Of a DNA stretch of 64,000 nucleotides, positions 8,534 to 18,911 are shown one piece after another; position 1 is the stretch's first letter, and every line of letters begins with the position of its first letter. A program made the translations under genes and the position numbers. The stretch is from an uncultured Chloroflexia bacterium. GTDB taxonomy: Bacteria > Chloroflexota > Anaerolineae > Caldilineales > Caldilineaceae. The notes beneath the pieces are model-generated. The model was not told where the DNA came from. It searched no databases and saw nothing but the letters and a program-made list of their open reading frames with translations. The DNA lies in the NCBI GenBank assembly GCA_963735275.1, contig CAVTKJ010000007.1, positions 122,083 to 186,082 of the forward strand, read 5' to 3'.

Positions 8534-9517
8534 CTACTGGTGGCCGACGATTGCCTGCGGTACGTACGGCTCTTCGAGGTACTGGACTTCGTCCGCTGTG
8601 AGCTTCAGCGCCAGCGCACCCACAGCATCTTCCAGGTGTGGAATCTTCGTGGCGCCGATGATCGGGGCCGTCACAGGCGCCTTCTGCAAGAGCCACGCAA
8701 GCGCAACGTGCGAGCGCGGAACTCCGTGCTTCTCGGCCAGTTCCGCCGCCCGCTCAATCACCTGCTGATTGGCAATCGAAGTTGCATCATACTTGCCCTT
8801 CGACACCGTGTCGGTTTCTGCACGCAACGTACTCTCCGGCGACCAGCTGCGCGCCAGCCGGCCGGCGGCGAGCGGGCTATAGGGAATCACCCCAATCTTT
8901 TCGGCGCGGCAGAGCGGCATCATCTCGCGTTCTTCCTCGCGATAGATCAGGTTCAGATGATTCTGCATGGAGACGAAGCGCGTCCAGCCATGCGTTTCGG
9001 CAACGTGCAGCGCCTTGAGGAACTGCCACGCAAACATGGCGGAGGCGCCGATGTAGCGCACCTTGCCTGCGCGCACGAGGTCATGCAGCGCCTCCATCGT
9101 CTCCTCGATTGGGGTGTTGTAGTCCCAGCGATGGATCTGGTAGAGGTCCACGTAGTCGGTTTGCAGGCGTTTAAGGCTCTTGTCGATCTCGCTCAGAATT
9201 GCCTTGCGCGACAGCCCTTCACCATTGGGGCCATCGGCCATTCTGCCGCGCACCTTGGTGGCGATGACGACCTCGTCGCGCTTGGCGAACTCCTTGAGCG
9301 CGCGCCCCGTGATCTCCTCACTGACACCAATCGAGTAGACATTGGCCGTATCAAAGAAGTTGATCCCCAGGTCAAGGGCTTTCTTGATCACGGGGCGGCT
9401 CTCCTGCTCGTTGAGCACCCATTTGTGCGTCCAGTGCTCCGCATCGCCAAAACCCATACAACCGAGGCAAATGCGCGAGACATCCATGCCGGTATTGCCC
9501 AGTTTCGCGTACTCCAT
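8534..9517 (-). CDS. Aldo/keto reductase family oxidoreductase
   Basis: ORF 8534..9517. Motifs: MEYAKLGNTGMDVSRICLGCMGFG, LGINFFDTANVYS, VVIATKV, DYVDLYQIHRWD, GKVRYIGASAM. Confidence 0.9.
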   Translation of the reverse strand: MEYAKLGNTGMDVSRICLGCMGFGDAEHWTHKWVLNEQESRPVIKKALDLGINFFDTANVYSIGVSEEITGRALKEFAKRDEVVIATKVRGRMADGPNGEGLSRKAILSEIDKSLKRLQTDYVDLYQIHRWDYNTPIEETMEALHDLVRAGKVRYIGASAMFAWQFLKALHVAETHGWTRFVSMQNHLNLIYREEEREMMPLCRAEKIGVIPYSPLAAGRLARSWSPESTLRAETDTVSKGKYDATSIANQQVIERAAELAEKHGVPRSHVALAWLLQKAPVTAPIIGATKIPHLEDAVGALALKLTADEVQYLEEPYVPQAIVGHQ

Positions 9518-9564
9518 CTGCGTCTCCTCGTGCGCTCCACAATGCAGCGCCTGCGATTAGGCTG

Positions 9565-10536
<972 letters not shown>

Positions 10537-10630
10537 GGTGTTCCTCCTGTTGCGCCGGCAAGGATGCTTCCGGCATGGTAACGGTTGCGTATTGATTGCG
10601 CGTGCTGTGGGTTACATCACGAATGATACC

Positions 10631-12847
10631 CTACACCCCGCGGCCCATCCCTGCAATTTCCGCCATCTCGCTCTCCTGCGCCAACGCATGCAACAGCGCA
10701 CGCACGTCGGCAACCGACTCAATCGAGAAGCGCGCCGCCGAGACGTCGCCGCCCACTTTGATGGTCACAGCGTCTTCGGGCATGGCCTTGAAGGTATCCT
10801 CGTCCGTGTGGTCATCGCCCGCCGCAAGCACAAAGTCGTACGCGTCCTCCTCAAGCCACAAGCGCGCCGCGTTTCCCTTGCTGACCTGGTTGCTCTTGAG
10901 CTCGATCACCATGTGTCCCTGCAGAATCTGCAAACCTCGGTCAAAGGCCAGCATGCGCAGTCGGTCCTGCAGCTCAATTGCGCGCTGCTCGCCCAGCCCT
11001 CGTTCCACCTTGCGGTAGTGCCAACTGAGCGAGTAGCTCTTCTCCTCCACGAGCGCGCCCGGCGTACGATCGGCAAACGAGTCAAGAATGGGCAGCAGTT
11101 CGCGCTTCCACGCGTTGCTCAACCCCGGGTGCTTCTGCCACGCGCCCCCCTTGCGCCGCGTCCAGGCGCCGTGCTCGGCAATCAGGTCAATGGGCAACTG
11201 CCCCAGCCATTCGTCAAGCGTCTCGTGCTTGCGGCCGCTGATGATCGCCACGCGGTTCCTTCGGTCGCGCGCCAGTGACTCGAGAAGTGCGAGCAGCGCC
11301 TCGTCCGGCTGCACCTTGAGCGGGTCCACGTTGAAGCCCATGAGCGTGCCGTCGTAGTCAAGGAAGATCATGCGCTTCCGGGCGGCGGCATAGAGAACGC
11401 CAATCGGGCCGAAGCTGGCCGGCGTGAGCTGCTTGGTCAGCATGTCGTGCTGAATCCGCTTGATCTCGTCGAGCCGCTGCATGAAGAGCTTGACCCAGTG
11501 CTGAACGTCAAACTTCCTAACGGTTGCACGCATGAGGCGCATGCGCTCGCGCTGTTCGTCCTCCGGCATCTCGAGCGCCTGGAAGAGTGCATCCGCCAGG
11601 GCCGGCACATCATTCGGGTTGATGAGGATTGCCTCGGTCAACTCCTTGGAGGCGCCCGCCATCTCGCTGAGGATGAGCACCCCTAGTTCGTCCGTGCTGC
11701 TGGCCACATACTCCTTGGAGACCAGGTTCATTCCGTCGCGCAACGGTGTGACGAGGCAGACATCCGCCGCCACATACATGGCCGAGAGCAGTTCGGGGGC
11801 CACGGAGCGGTACATGTAGACAACCGGCTGCCAGCCCAGCGTCTGATGGTTGGCGTTGATCGCGCTCACTGTGCGGTCAATCTCGCGTTTGAGGCGGTTG
11901 TACGCGGGCACGCGGTCGCGCGACGGCACCACCAACATAAGCAACGAAACCTTTTCGCTGTACTCGGGGTGCGCCTCCAGAAAGAGTTCGAAGGCCTGCA
12001 GACGCAGCAGAATCCCCTTGCTGTAGTCCAGGCGATCGACCGAAAAGACCATGCGCGCCTCGCGCACCGCCTGTTTCACCTTCTGGACATTGCGAACAAC
12101 GCCCGTGCGGGTCGTCATCTTGCTGTACTTTCGGAAGTCAATGCTCATGGGAAAGGCATCAACCAAGACGGGCCTGTGGTCCACGTCAAGCTGGTTGAGT
12201 GACGAGGCGAGGCCCAGTACGCGCGTGGCCGTGCTGATGAAGTGGCGCACGTCATCGTAGGTATGAAAGCCCACAAGGTCGGCCCCCAGCACGCCCTTGA
12301 GCAGCGCTTCGCGCCACGGAATCTGCCGGAAGACTTCGTACGAGGGGAAGGGGATGTGGTGAAAGTAGCCGATGCGCACGTCGGACAACTGGGCGCGCAC
12401 GAGCTGTGGCGTCAGCAGCAACTGGTAGTCATGCACCCAGATGGTGTCGCCGGGCTGGGCCACCGCCAGCACGCGCGCGGCGAACTTGCGGTTGACCTCC
12501 ACGTAGGCGTCCCAATACGCCTGCACATAGGTTGCATACGAAGGCACATAGTGGCAGATGGGCCAGAGGATGCCGTTGGAGAAGCCCTCGTAGTATTTCT
12601 CAATCTCGTCCTTGGAAAGGAAGACGGCATCCATCCCCATCGTATCAAGCTGCTGCCGAATTTCCAGCTCCGCAGCCGCTTCCTCAACAAAGGCCCCCGG
12701 CCAGCCGATCCAGATCTGCTCGCCCACCTTGCGGATGGTGCTCAGGCCCGTTGCCAGGCCGCCCGCCGTAGGCTTGAAGCTCACCTGGCCGTCAATCACC
12801 TGCGTCTTCACAGGCAGGCGGTTGGAGACAATGATTGTTTTGTTCAT
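10631..12847 (-). CDS. Bifunctional trehalose-6-phosphate synthase (GT20) / trehalose-6-phosphate phosphatase (HAD) fusion
   Basis: ORF 10631..12958; likely start is ATG 12847 after GGGAGGGA (MNKTIIVSNRLPV). The N-terminal ~470 aa is OtsA-like (IWVHDYQLLL, GFHTYDDVRHF, LRDGMNLVSKEY). The C-terminal ~250 aa is OtsB-like, with MIFLDYDGTLMGF (DxDGT) and VLAAGDDHTDEDTF. Confidence 0.9.
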   Translation of the reverse strand: MNKTIIVSNRLPVKTQVIDGQVSFKPTAGGLATGLSTIRKVGEQIWIGWPGAFVEEAAAELEIRQQLDTMGMDAVFLSKDEIEKYYEGFSNGILWPICHYVPSYATYVQAYWDAYVEVNRKFAARVLAVAQPGDTIWVHDYQLLLTPQLVRAQLSDVRIGYFHHIPFPSYEVFRQIPWREALLKGVLGADLVGFHTYDDVRHFISTATRVLGLASSLNQLDVDHRPVLVDAFPMSIDFRKYSKMTTRTGVVRNVQKVKQAVREARMVFSVDRLDYSKGILLRLQAFELFLEAHPEYSEKVSLLMLVVPSRDRVPAYNRLKREIDRTVSAINANHQTLGWQPVVYMYRSVAPELLSAMYVAADVCLVTPLRDGMNLVSKEYVASSTDELGVLILSEMAGASKELTEAILINPNDVPALADALFQALEMPEDEQRERMRLMRATVRKFDVQHWVKLFMQRLDEIKRIQHDMLTKQLTPASFGPIGVLYAAARKRMIFLDYDGTLMGFNVDPLKVQPDEALLALLESLARDRRNRVAIISGRKHETLDEWLGQLPIDLIAEHGAWTRRKGGAWQKHPGLSNAWKRELLPILDSFADRTPGALVEEKSYSLSWHYRKVERGLGEQRAIELQDRLRMLAFDRGLQILQGHMVIELKSNQVSKGNAARLWLEEDAYDFVLAAGDDHTDEDTFKAMPEDAVTIKVGGDVSAARFSIESVADVRALLHALAQESEMAEIAGMGRGV

Positions 12848-13097
12848 GTGGTTCCCTCCCTGGTCGTTGCGGCGCGCCGGCCCACACATTGCGTCCGGCT
12901 GCAGCGCGGGTGGAGGCAGCTCTTGCGCCGATATTGCCGGCAGCGCGGCAACTTCCACCCATCAAGTCACCCTTTGAGTGTACCAGCGCGCGCCCTAAAA
13001 GCAATCGCCCGGACGCGAAGAGATCGTCCGGGCGGTTGGGGCTTTGCATTTTTCCACTGTGCGGCCGGCCATTGCGTCGGCAGCCGCTGCGCCATTC

Positions 13098-13988
13098 TCA
13101 TGCGCCGGCGGAGGCGGATTCCTGCGGGGCGGCCCCCGGTGCGCGCCACGGCCGGGGCGGGTTGGCGTAGACCGCAATGGGGAACTCGAGCCGCGCAATG
13201 TTGCCTCTGCGCCCGGCGCGCAGGTAGAGGTAGTAGAGCACCAGCGCAATGACGACGAAGCGGAAGAGCATGCCAACCAGACCGCCTTCCACGCCATAGG
13301 CGCCGCCGGTAAGCGCATTCATGCCCACCAACTGCTGCGTGACGAGACTGGCCCGCTCATTCCCGCTGACAGCAAAGCCTAGCACCGGTCCCTGGACCAG
13401 ATTCCAGGCAAAGTGCATCCCAATGGGCAGCCAGATGTTTTTGCCGCCCATAAAGGCAATGCCATACATCAGCCCGCCCAGCGCATTGCCGAAGGCCGTA
13501 ACATAGGTGCTGTTGGAATTGCCAAGATGGAGATAGCCAAAGAAGAGCGAAATCAACACGATGGCAGGCCAGAGCGCCCAGACAAGTGTCTTGTCCATGC
13601 GGCTTTCCCATGTGCCGCCCAATGACTTGCGAAATGCAAGCGCGAGCACAAGCCCGATCAGGATGTGCAATCCCGGTAACTGCAGCGCCCGCGAGAGAAT
13701 CTCCTCAAAAGGCGCAACGATAAACTCCTGCTGGATGCCCGCGCGCAGCACCTCGGCGTTCATTCCAAAACCCACCACGTGTATGGCGCCGATGGCCCAA
13801 AGCACAAGGAAGATGCCCACCATGGCTATTGTGGAAATCAGCACGCCCGCAAGCAGGTCAACCACTGACCACCAACTAAAGGTGAAGCCAAAGCCCTTGT
13901 GGATAGACTGCCCGCGCAAGTACCAGTAGCCGGCGGCGATGGACCCGCCAATCAGGGCCAGATTCCACATCAAATTGACAATTCCCAT
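13098..13988 (-). CDS. CPBP-family (CAAX/Abi) intramembrane glutamic endopeptidase
   Basis: ORF 13098..14009; ATG 13988 is preceded by AAGGAG. Polytopic, with the three family motifs: FEEILSRA (EExxxR), FFGYLHL (FxxxH) and MHFAWN (HxxxN). Confidence 0.8.
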   Translation of the reverse strand: MGIVNLMWNLALIGGSIAAGYWYLRGQSIHKGFGFTFSWWSVVDLLAGVLISTIAMVGIFLVLWAIGAIHVVGFGMNAEVLRAGIQQEFIVAPFEEILSRALQLPGLHILIGLVLALAFRKSLGGTWESRMDKTLVWALWPAIVLISLFFGYLHLGNSNSTYVTAFGNALGGLMYGIAFMGGKNIWLPIGMHFAWNLVQGPVLGFAVSGNERASLVTQQLVGMNALTGGAYGVEGGLVGMLFRFVVIALVLYYLYLRAGRRGNIARLEFPIAVYANPPRPWRAPGAAPQESASAGA

Positions 13989-14168
13989 TGCGATCCACTC
14001 CTTGCGCAACTGGTGTCAGCAAACAGCGGATCGTCGTGCAGCAATCCGTGCGCGGATTATGCGGACCAGGACGGACAGGCTCGCGGCAATGCAGAATGGG
14101 TTTGCAAGACCGGAGAATCCGTGTTCATCCGCGCAGCAGTTCTTCATGCTGGCAGCCTTGTCGGCGCG

Positions 14169-14801
14169 TTATTGAAGAGCCGGCGCTTCTTCGACTGTGA
14201 GTGTCGTCACGACGGGCGAGAGTTCACGGAACTGCGCCACCAATCCAACGATGACGGCGATGACACCGATGATCACGGCCGAGGCGCCGTTCCACAAGGT
14301 GAAATACGGAATCCACGCAAGCAGCGTGGCAATGATGAGCCCCGTTGCAGAGAGGACAGCGTTGACGATGAATTGATGCGCATAGGGCTGTGTGAAGAGC
14401 AGGACGACGGCGACGGCCCCTGCGAGCGCATACACAACCAGGCTCCACGGGCTGGGCAGGCCGAGCATGCCGCTGAGCGTGTAGGCCAGAAAGCCCACGC
14501 CGATGAAGCTTGCCAGCGTGATGACCGGGCGTAGCGCCGCCAGCGAGAACACGGCCAACAGCGCAGCCAACGCGGCGCTCAACCAGAAGAGCGGAACGAG
14601 CTCCCAGCCCACCAGCCACAGATTGCCAAGCATTTGCCCGAGCAAGAAACCGCCTACGCCGGCCATGAGCCAGGGATAGCGGTGGCTCTTGACAAGCGCA
14701 ACAAGCGCCAATGCCATCGCCAGCCAGTAGGGCCAAAACCGAATCTGAAAGATGGGATAGAAGCCGCGCAACATCATGATCACATTCGACATTCGCAGCA
14801 C
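14169..14801 (-). CDS. Polytopic integral membrane protein, function unknown
   Basis: ORF 14169..14801. About 6-7 hydrophobic spans and codon usage typical for the window. No motif I can name. The start codon is uncertain. Confidence 0.5.
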   Translation of the reverse strand: MLRMSNVIMMLRGFYPIFQIRFWPYWLAMALALVALVKSHRYPWLMAGVGGFLLGQMLGNLWLVGWELVPLFWLSAALAALLAVFSLAALRPVITLASFIGVGFLAYTLSGMLGLPSPWSLVVYALAGAVAVVLLFTQPYAHQFIVNAVLSATGLIIATLLAWIPYFTLWNGASAVIIGVIAVIVGLVAQFRELSPVVTTLTVEEAPALQ

Positions 14802-15055
14802 TTACCTTCTTGGTGAATGGGTCACTGTTGCACGCTACGCGCGGTACGCATTTGCGCCGGCAAGCGGCGCCAAGCGCTTGCTTGCCTCACGCTGCAAATT
14901 GTACGCAAGAGAGCGCAGGCGGCGCAAAAGGCTCCTTGTCCAGGGAAGCGGGCACGTGGGGACATAGGTGGCTGCAGGGCAGCATTGATCAACCTGCGCC
15001 CGACGGCGCCGAGCGCGCCTGCTTGCCGCGCGCCTGATCCCCAAGCCCGCAGACA

Positions 15056-17353
15056 TCAGTCTCCAGGGCGTTGTATGCCAACTATCGGCTTTGGATTCGC
15101 TTTGTCCATGGACTCCTGCGGCGTGACGATTTCGGAGACGGAGTGGATGATTTCCAGGAGATGTCTGGTGAGAAAACCGCCGCTATGGCTGAGGCGGATC
15201 GTGGCGCTGGTAATGGCTTCACCCTGCGGATCGCGCGAGGAAATCACAATCACCGGAACGTCACGAATCGATGGGTCGGCTTGCTTTTCCATCAGAACCC
15301 GAAATCCATCCATAACGGGCATCATCAAGTCAAGCAGCAGAATGTCGATTTTCCGGCTGCGCAGCATCTCCAGCGCCCGCTTTCCATCGGTCACCTGTAC
15401 AACCTGGTATCCTTGCGGTGAAGATTCAAGCATGCGCGCAAAGAGATGCAGCTCATCCGGCTCGTCATCGGCAACGAGCACGCGTTTGGCGCCGCCAGGG
15501 AACTTGATTTGGCCGGACACCTCTTCCAAGATGGCGAGCAGTTTGCTGCGCGTAATTGGCTTCAGAATGTACTGAGCCACGCCCAACTGACTTGCAGCGG
15601 CAACTTCGCCTGGAATCCAGCAGGTTATGACGGGTGTGCCCGCCGGCGCCAGCGCGCTGACATCAATGGAAAGTTCTTCAAAGGGCGGCATGTTAACGAT
15701 CAGCGCTTTGGCCGGCGAACTTCGCAGGGCCGCGGCAGCCTCGGCAGGCGAGCGCGTGGCAACGACCTCCGTGCCCTGCAAGTACCGTGCCAGGAGGTGC
15801 TGCAGTGACTTCTCCTCCTCCATAACCACCAGCCGAGGCGCGGTGTGGATGGCGGGCACCATGGAGCGCCGCGTCCGCAATGAGTAGCCAGACTCATCAC
15901 CGGGAATCATTCCACGCCGCATGGATTGGAGTGACCGCGTTTCGTCTTCGTCAAGGGAATGGGAAAGGGGCAGGGAAAAGAGGAAAGTCGTGCCTTCCCC
16001 CGGTCGACTGGTCAGCCACATCTTGCCGGCGTGAAGTTCAATGAACTGTTTGCTGATGGTAAGCCCAAGCCCGCTGCCGCCATGTGTGCGGCGAATCGAA
16101 CCATCGAGTTGTTGAAACGGCTCGAAAATTCGTTTCTGGTCTTCTTGGGCAATGCCGGGGCCGGTGTCTGCCACGCTGACAGTCAGTTGGCTGTTGTCGG
16201 CCCAGGCCCGAATCTGTACGCCGCCCTGTACGGTGAAGCGTCCGGCATTGCTGAGCAGATTGATGATGACCTGGCGAATGCGTGTCTGGTCACAGTAGAT
16301 ACGTGGGAGCGTTGTTGGCACGTCAAGCAGCAAGTACAAGCCTCTTGAGTCAAACAACTCCTGCACAACCGCTGCGGACGACCGGATCAGGTCTTCTGCG
16401 GAGACCCATTCGCGGCTGATCGCCATGCGCCCCGATTCCACCTGGCTCAAGTCCAGTACGTCATTAACGAGCGAGAGCAAGTGAAGGCTATTGCGTTCGA
16501 TGGAAGCAATATCGGACATCAACGAAGCCGGCAAACGCGTTCGGTACAGATGCGGCGATTTGGCAATGATGTCTGCAAAGCCAATGATCATGTTCAACGG
16601 CGTGCGCAGTTCATGACTCACATTGGCCACAAATTCCACCTTGGCCTGGCGCGCTTCCTCTGCAACCTGCCCGAGAATCTTGAGTCGCTCCGCCAGGCGC
16701 GTCATTTCCTGGTTTGCCTTCACAAGGTCCTCTTGTGTCTGCAAGAGGGCCAGACGCTGCTCGCGCGCTTCTTCAAGATTCTGGCGCGCTTGGCTGAAGC
16801 CGACGAGCGCCCAACGCGTCAGCGTCATCAGTTGCGCCGTCGCCGTCCAGCCGATCACGCCGCCCAGCGCGCCAAAGAGAAGAATCAGGCCGGCGAACGT
16901 GCTCGACATGGGTTCAAGCGGCGCGGCACGCTGCACCCAGATGACCAGCCCGAGCAGCCCCACTTCGGCAGCAACGACGGCGCGCCAGCCCAGCGTAACG
17001 GCCGAGACAAGTGGCAGCACGGCAAGCAGGAGCAGGACTTCGGCCTCTGCAAAGATGAAGCATGCGGCCACTATCAAGCCGGCCAGGGCAAGTTGCCAAA
17101 GAGCCATGACGAGTTGGTAGCGCTGCTCCAGCATGCGGTAGGCTGCCACTGACGCAAGCGCGATCATGACTGTAAGCACGAACAGCCGGCCCATGATCGC
17201 GGTGGAAGCTGCTGCGGCAATGAGCACGGCTGCAATGATCAGGGCGGTTGCCGTAACGGCAATCACCGTGCGTGATTTTGAGACGAGGAGATCATTCAGC
17301 GACGTCGCCTGGTCAGCGCTGATTCCCTGGTCGGCGAGTGCTTGCTCTCTCAT
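15056..17353 (-). CDS. Hybrid sensor histidine kinase: multi-TM input, HisKA, HATPase_c, pseudo-receiver and receiver
   Basis: ORF 15056..17353. Six or so N-terminal TM helices and a coiled coil. H-box VSHELRTPLNMIIGF, G-boxes DTGPGI and GSGLGLTISK. The middle REC-like segment lacks the acidic pocket and the phospho-Asp (VVMEEE...LIVNMP). The C-terminal REC is canonical (VLVADDEPD...LLLDLMMPVMDG). Confidence 0.9.
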   Translation of the reverse strand: MREQALADQGISADQATSLNDLLVSKSRTVIAVTATALIIAAVLIAAAASTAIMGRLFVLTVMIALASVAAYRMLEQRYQLVMALWQLALAGLIVAACFIFAEAEVLLLLAVLPLVSAVTLGWRAVVAAEVGLLGLVIWVQRAAPLEPMSSTFAGLILLFGALGGVIGWTATAQLMTLTRWALVGFSQARQNLEEAREQRLALLQTQEDLVKANQEMTRLAERLKILGQVAEEARQAKVEFVANVSHELRTPLNMIIGFADIIAKSPHLYRTRLPASLMSDIASIERNSLHLLSLVNDVLDLSQVESGRMAISREWVSAEDLIRSSAAVVQELFDSRGLYLLLDVPTTLPRIYCDQTRIRQVIINLLSNAGRFTVQGGVQIRAWADNSQLTVSVADTGPGIAQEDQKRIFEPFQQLDGSIRRTHGGSGLGLTISKQFIELHAGKMWLTSRPGEGTTFLFSLPLSHSLDEDETRSLQSMRRGMIPGDESGYSLRTRRSMVPAIHTAPRLVVMEEEKSLQHLLARYLQGTEVVATRSPAEAAAALRSSPAKALIVNMPPFEELSIDVSALAPAGTPVITCWIPGEVAAASQLGVAQYILKPITRSKLLAILEEVSGQIKFPGGAKRVLVADDEPDELHLFARMLESSPQGYQVVQVTDGKRALEMLRSRKIDILLLDLMMPVMDGFRVLMEKQADPSIRDVPVIVISSRDPQGEAITSATIRLSHSGGFLTRHLLEIIHSVSEIVTPQESMDKANPKPIVGIQRPGD

Positions 17354-17409
17354 TCCCTACACTTGTCTTCCTGTGCGTGGAGACACTAAAGTCATGCCGG
17401 AGTGAAACC

Positions 17410-17576
17410 AACATCTCAACGCAAAGCCGCAAAGGGAACAAAGGCACGCAAAGGAGTGCAAGGTATTGACTCAGTTCAGGCAGTTGCTTTTCCTCTGCGC
17501 CCCTTTGCGGCCTCTGCGCCCCTTTGCGGCCTCTGCGCCCCTTTGCGGCCTCTGCGCCCCTTTGCGTTGAGATGTT
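17410..17576. repeat. Family A palindromic MITE-like element, copy a (167 bp, expanded)
   Basis: Termini are AACATCTCAACGCAAAG (17410-17426) and CTTTGCGTTGAGATGTT (17560-17576). The right arm holds four tandem 19-bp units CCTCTGCGCCCCTTTGCGG (17492-17567). Similarity to other copies extends about 14 bp further on both sides. Confidence 0.9.
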
Positions 17577-17609
17577 CGTAGTAGGTGTGGATTTCAACCC
17601 GATTTCACT

Positions 17610-18911
17610 TTAGACCCCGTCGGGAAGCAGCGCCAACTGCTCATCAAGGCGGCTGATCAGCGCCTGCGGCAGGACCGGCTTCTGAAGAAAGCCATTCGCA
17701 CCCAGCGAGAGCGCCAGATTCTCCAGCGGCAGGATGGAACAGATGAGGATGGCGACGTTGCGTTCGTCAAGGTACTGACGGAGCCGCACCAGGAGTTCCC
17801 AGCCATCTACTTCAGGCATCATTACATCCAGGAGGATGATGAGCGGCTGGTACCTGGCGATCTGTCGTTCGATATCATCGGGATCCGAAACGCCGACGAG
17901 CGCGTAACGCGTCTCCTGCAGAGAGCGCTGGAACAAATTGATCGTGTCGAGGTTGTCATCGATCACCAGCACAGGAACCTGCGCCAGCGCCGGGATGGTG
18001 ATCGTGACCTCCAGCCGATCCGGTGAACTGTCCACGCGATAGCTGCCACCCACGCGATCCAGCAGTTGCTTCAGGACGGCAACTCCGGGCGTGCCTGCGG
18101 CAGTCGCCGCCTGTGCGCGCGCGGGGTCCAGTTCCGCGGCGGTCTTCACTACGAGATTCTTGCTTTCAATTTGCGGGACGAGAGAGACTTGTCTTGTTTG
18201 GGCGGCGGGGATCAGCCAGCCCAGCACGATGAGAAGTGACTGCCGCAGCGTATTGGGCGGCACAAAAAGGTCAGGGAGAGCCTCGTTCGGTTCGTATCTC
18301 AAGCGGACGTCATGCTGTTCCATTAGCGGCCCAAGCAAATCAAGCACCGAATGGAACGTTGAACTCCACGCCGAGGGCGTGTCTTCGGGCAATTTCTTGA
18401 TCCACGAGGCGTCATCGGCCTCGTCGCCCCCTTCGGACTCAACACGCGCACTTGTGCTCTCGTCTGGGCCTGGCGGCGTCTCCGCCTCATAACCAGCGGT
18501 TGCGGCCTCGGCGCGTTGTGGCCCAAAATCAGGTGCGGCGCGGCTCCCCATCTGGCCTGATTCCCACAACGCAAGCGCGAGTGCAGCAATTGCGGCCTGC
18601 TGCTCGCGGCTCAATTGCCTGTCGCTGATGCCAAGTTTGCCGGCAACTTCTTCGCGCGAATAGCCCCTCACATAGCGGAGATAGAGGAGATCATGTGCCT
18701 GCCACGCCCGGGCATAGCCGGGATCATCCTGATCAGGCTTCAGGTTTTCAACGCCCGCGATAAGCGTTTTCTGGAGCGCAGCCGAAGCGTCAACCCGGCC
18801 GGAAAGGCCCAGCATTTCGATCAGCGGATTGCGGCGCAGCTGATCCAGTGCAAAGAGGTTGTTGAGGGCGCTGCGCAGGGATTTGATGAAGTCGTCGTAC
18901 TCGGTGTCCAT
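17610..18911 (-). CDS. Response regulator with N-terminal sigma-70 region-4-like HTH and a degenerate HATPase-like middle domain
   Basis: ORF 17610..18911. The N-terminus YLRYVRGYSREEVAGKLGISDRQLSREQQAAIAALALAL is HTH-like. The middle region LRQSLLIVLGWLI ... GGSYRVDSSPDRLEVTITIP resembles a kinase ATP-binding fold without clear G-boxes. The C-terminal REC is canonical (VLVIDDN...ILLDVMMPEVDG...ICS...QKP). Confidence 0.8.
   Translation of the reverse strand: MDTEYDDFIKSLRSALNNLFALDQLRRNPLIEMLGLSGRVDASAALQKTLIAGVENLKPDQDDPGYARAWQAHDLLYLRYVRGYSREEVAGKLGISDRQLSREQQAAIAALALALWESGQMGSRAAPDFGPQRAEAATAGYEAETPPGPDESTSARVESEGGDEADDASWIKKLPEDTPSAWSSTFHSVLDLLGPLMEQHDVRLRYEPNEALPDLFVPPNTLRQSLLIVLGWLIPAAQTRQVSLVPQIESKNLVVKTAAELDPARAQAATAAGTPGVAVLKQLLDRVGGSYRVDSSPDRLEVTITIPALAQVPVLVIDDNLDTINLFQRSLQETRYALVGVSDPDDIERQIARYQPLIILLDVMMPEVDGWELLVRLRQYLDERNVAILICSILPLENLALSLGANGFLQKPVLPQALISRLDEQLALLPDGV

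Noticed and set aside
12242-13252. 336-aa + ORF bridging the trehalose gene start and the CPBP gene end
   Set aside because: It is antisense to two well-supported minus-strand genes and crosses their intergenic gap. It has no motifs.
17313-17597. 94-aa ORF and its relatives (34951..35253, 37555..38169 N-terminus, 39882..40130, 26801..27004) sharing NISTQ...RK / PPRLCVEM peptides
   Set aside because: The shared peptides come from Family A repeat DNA read in either direction. The copies lie in both orientations, and the ORF boundaries are not conserved.
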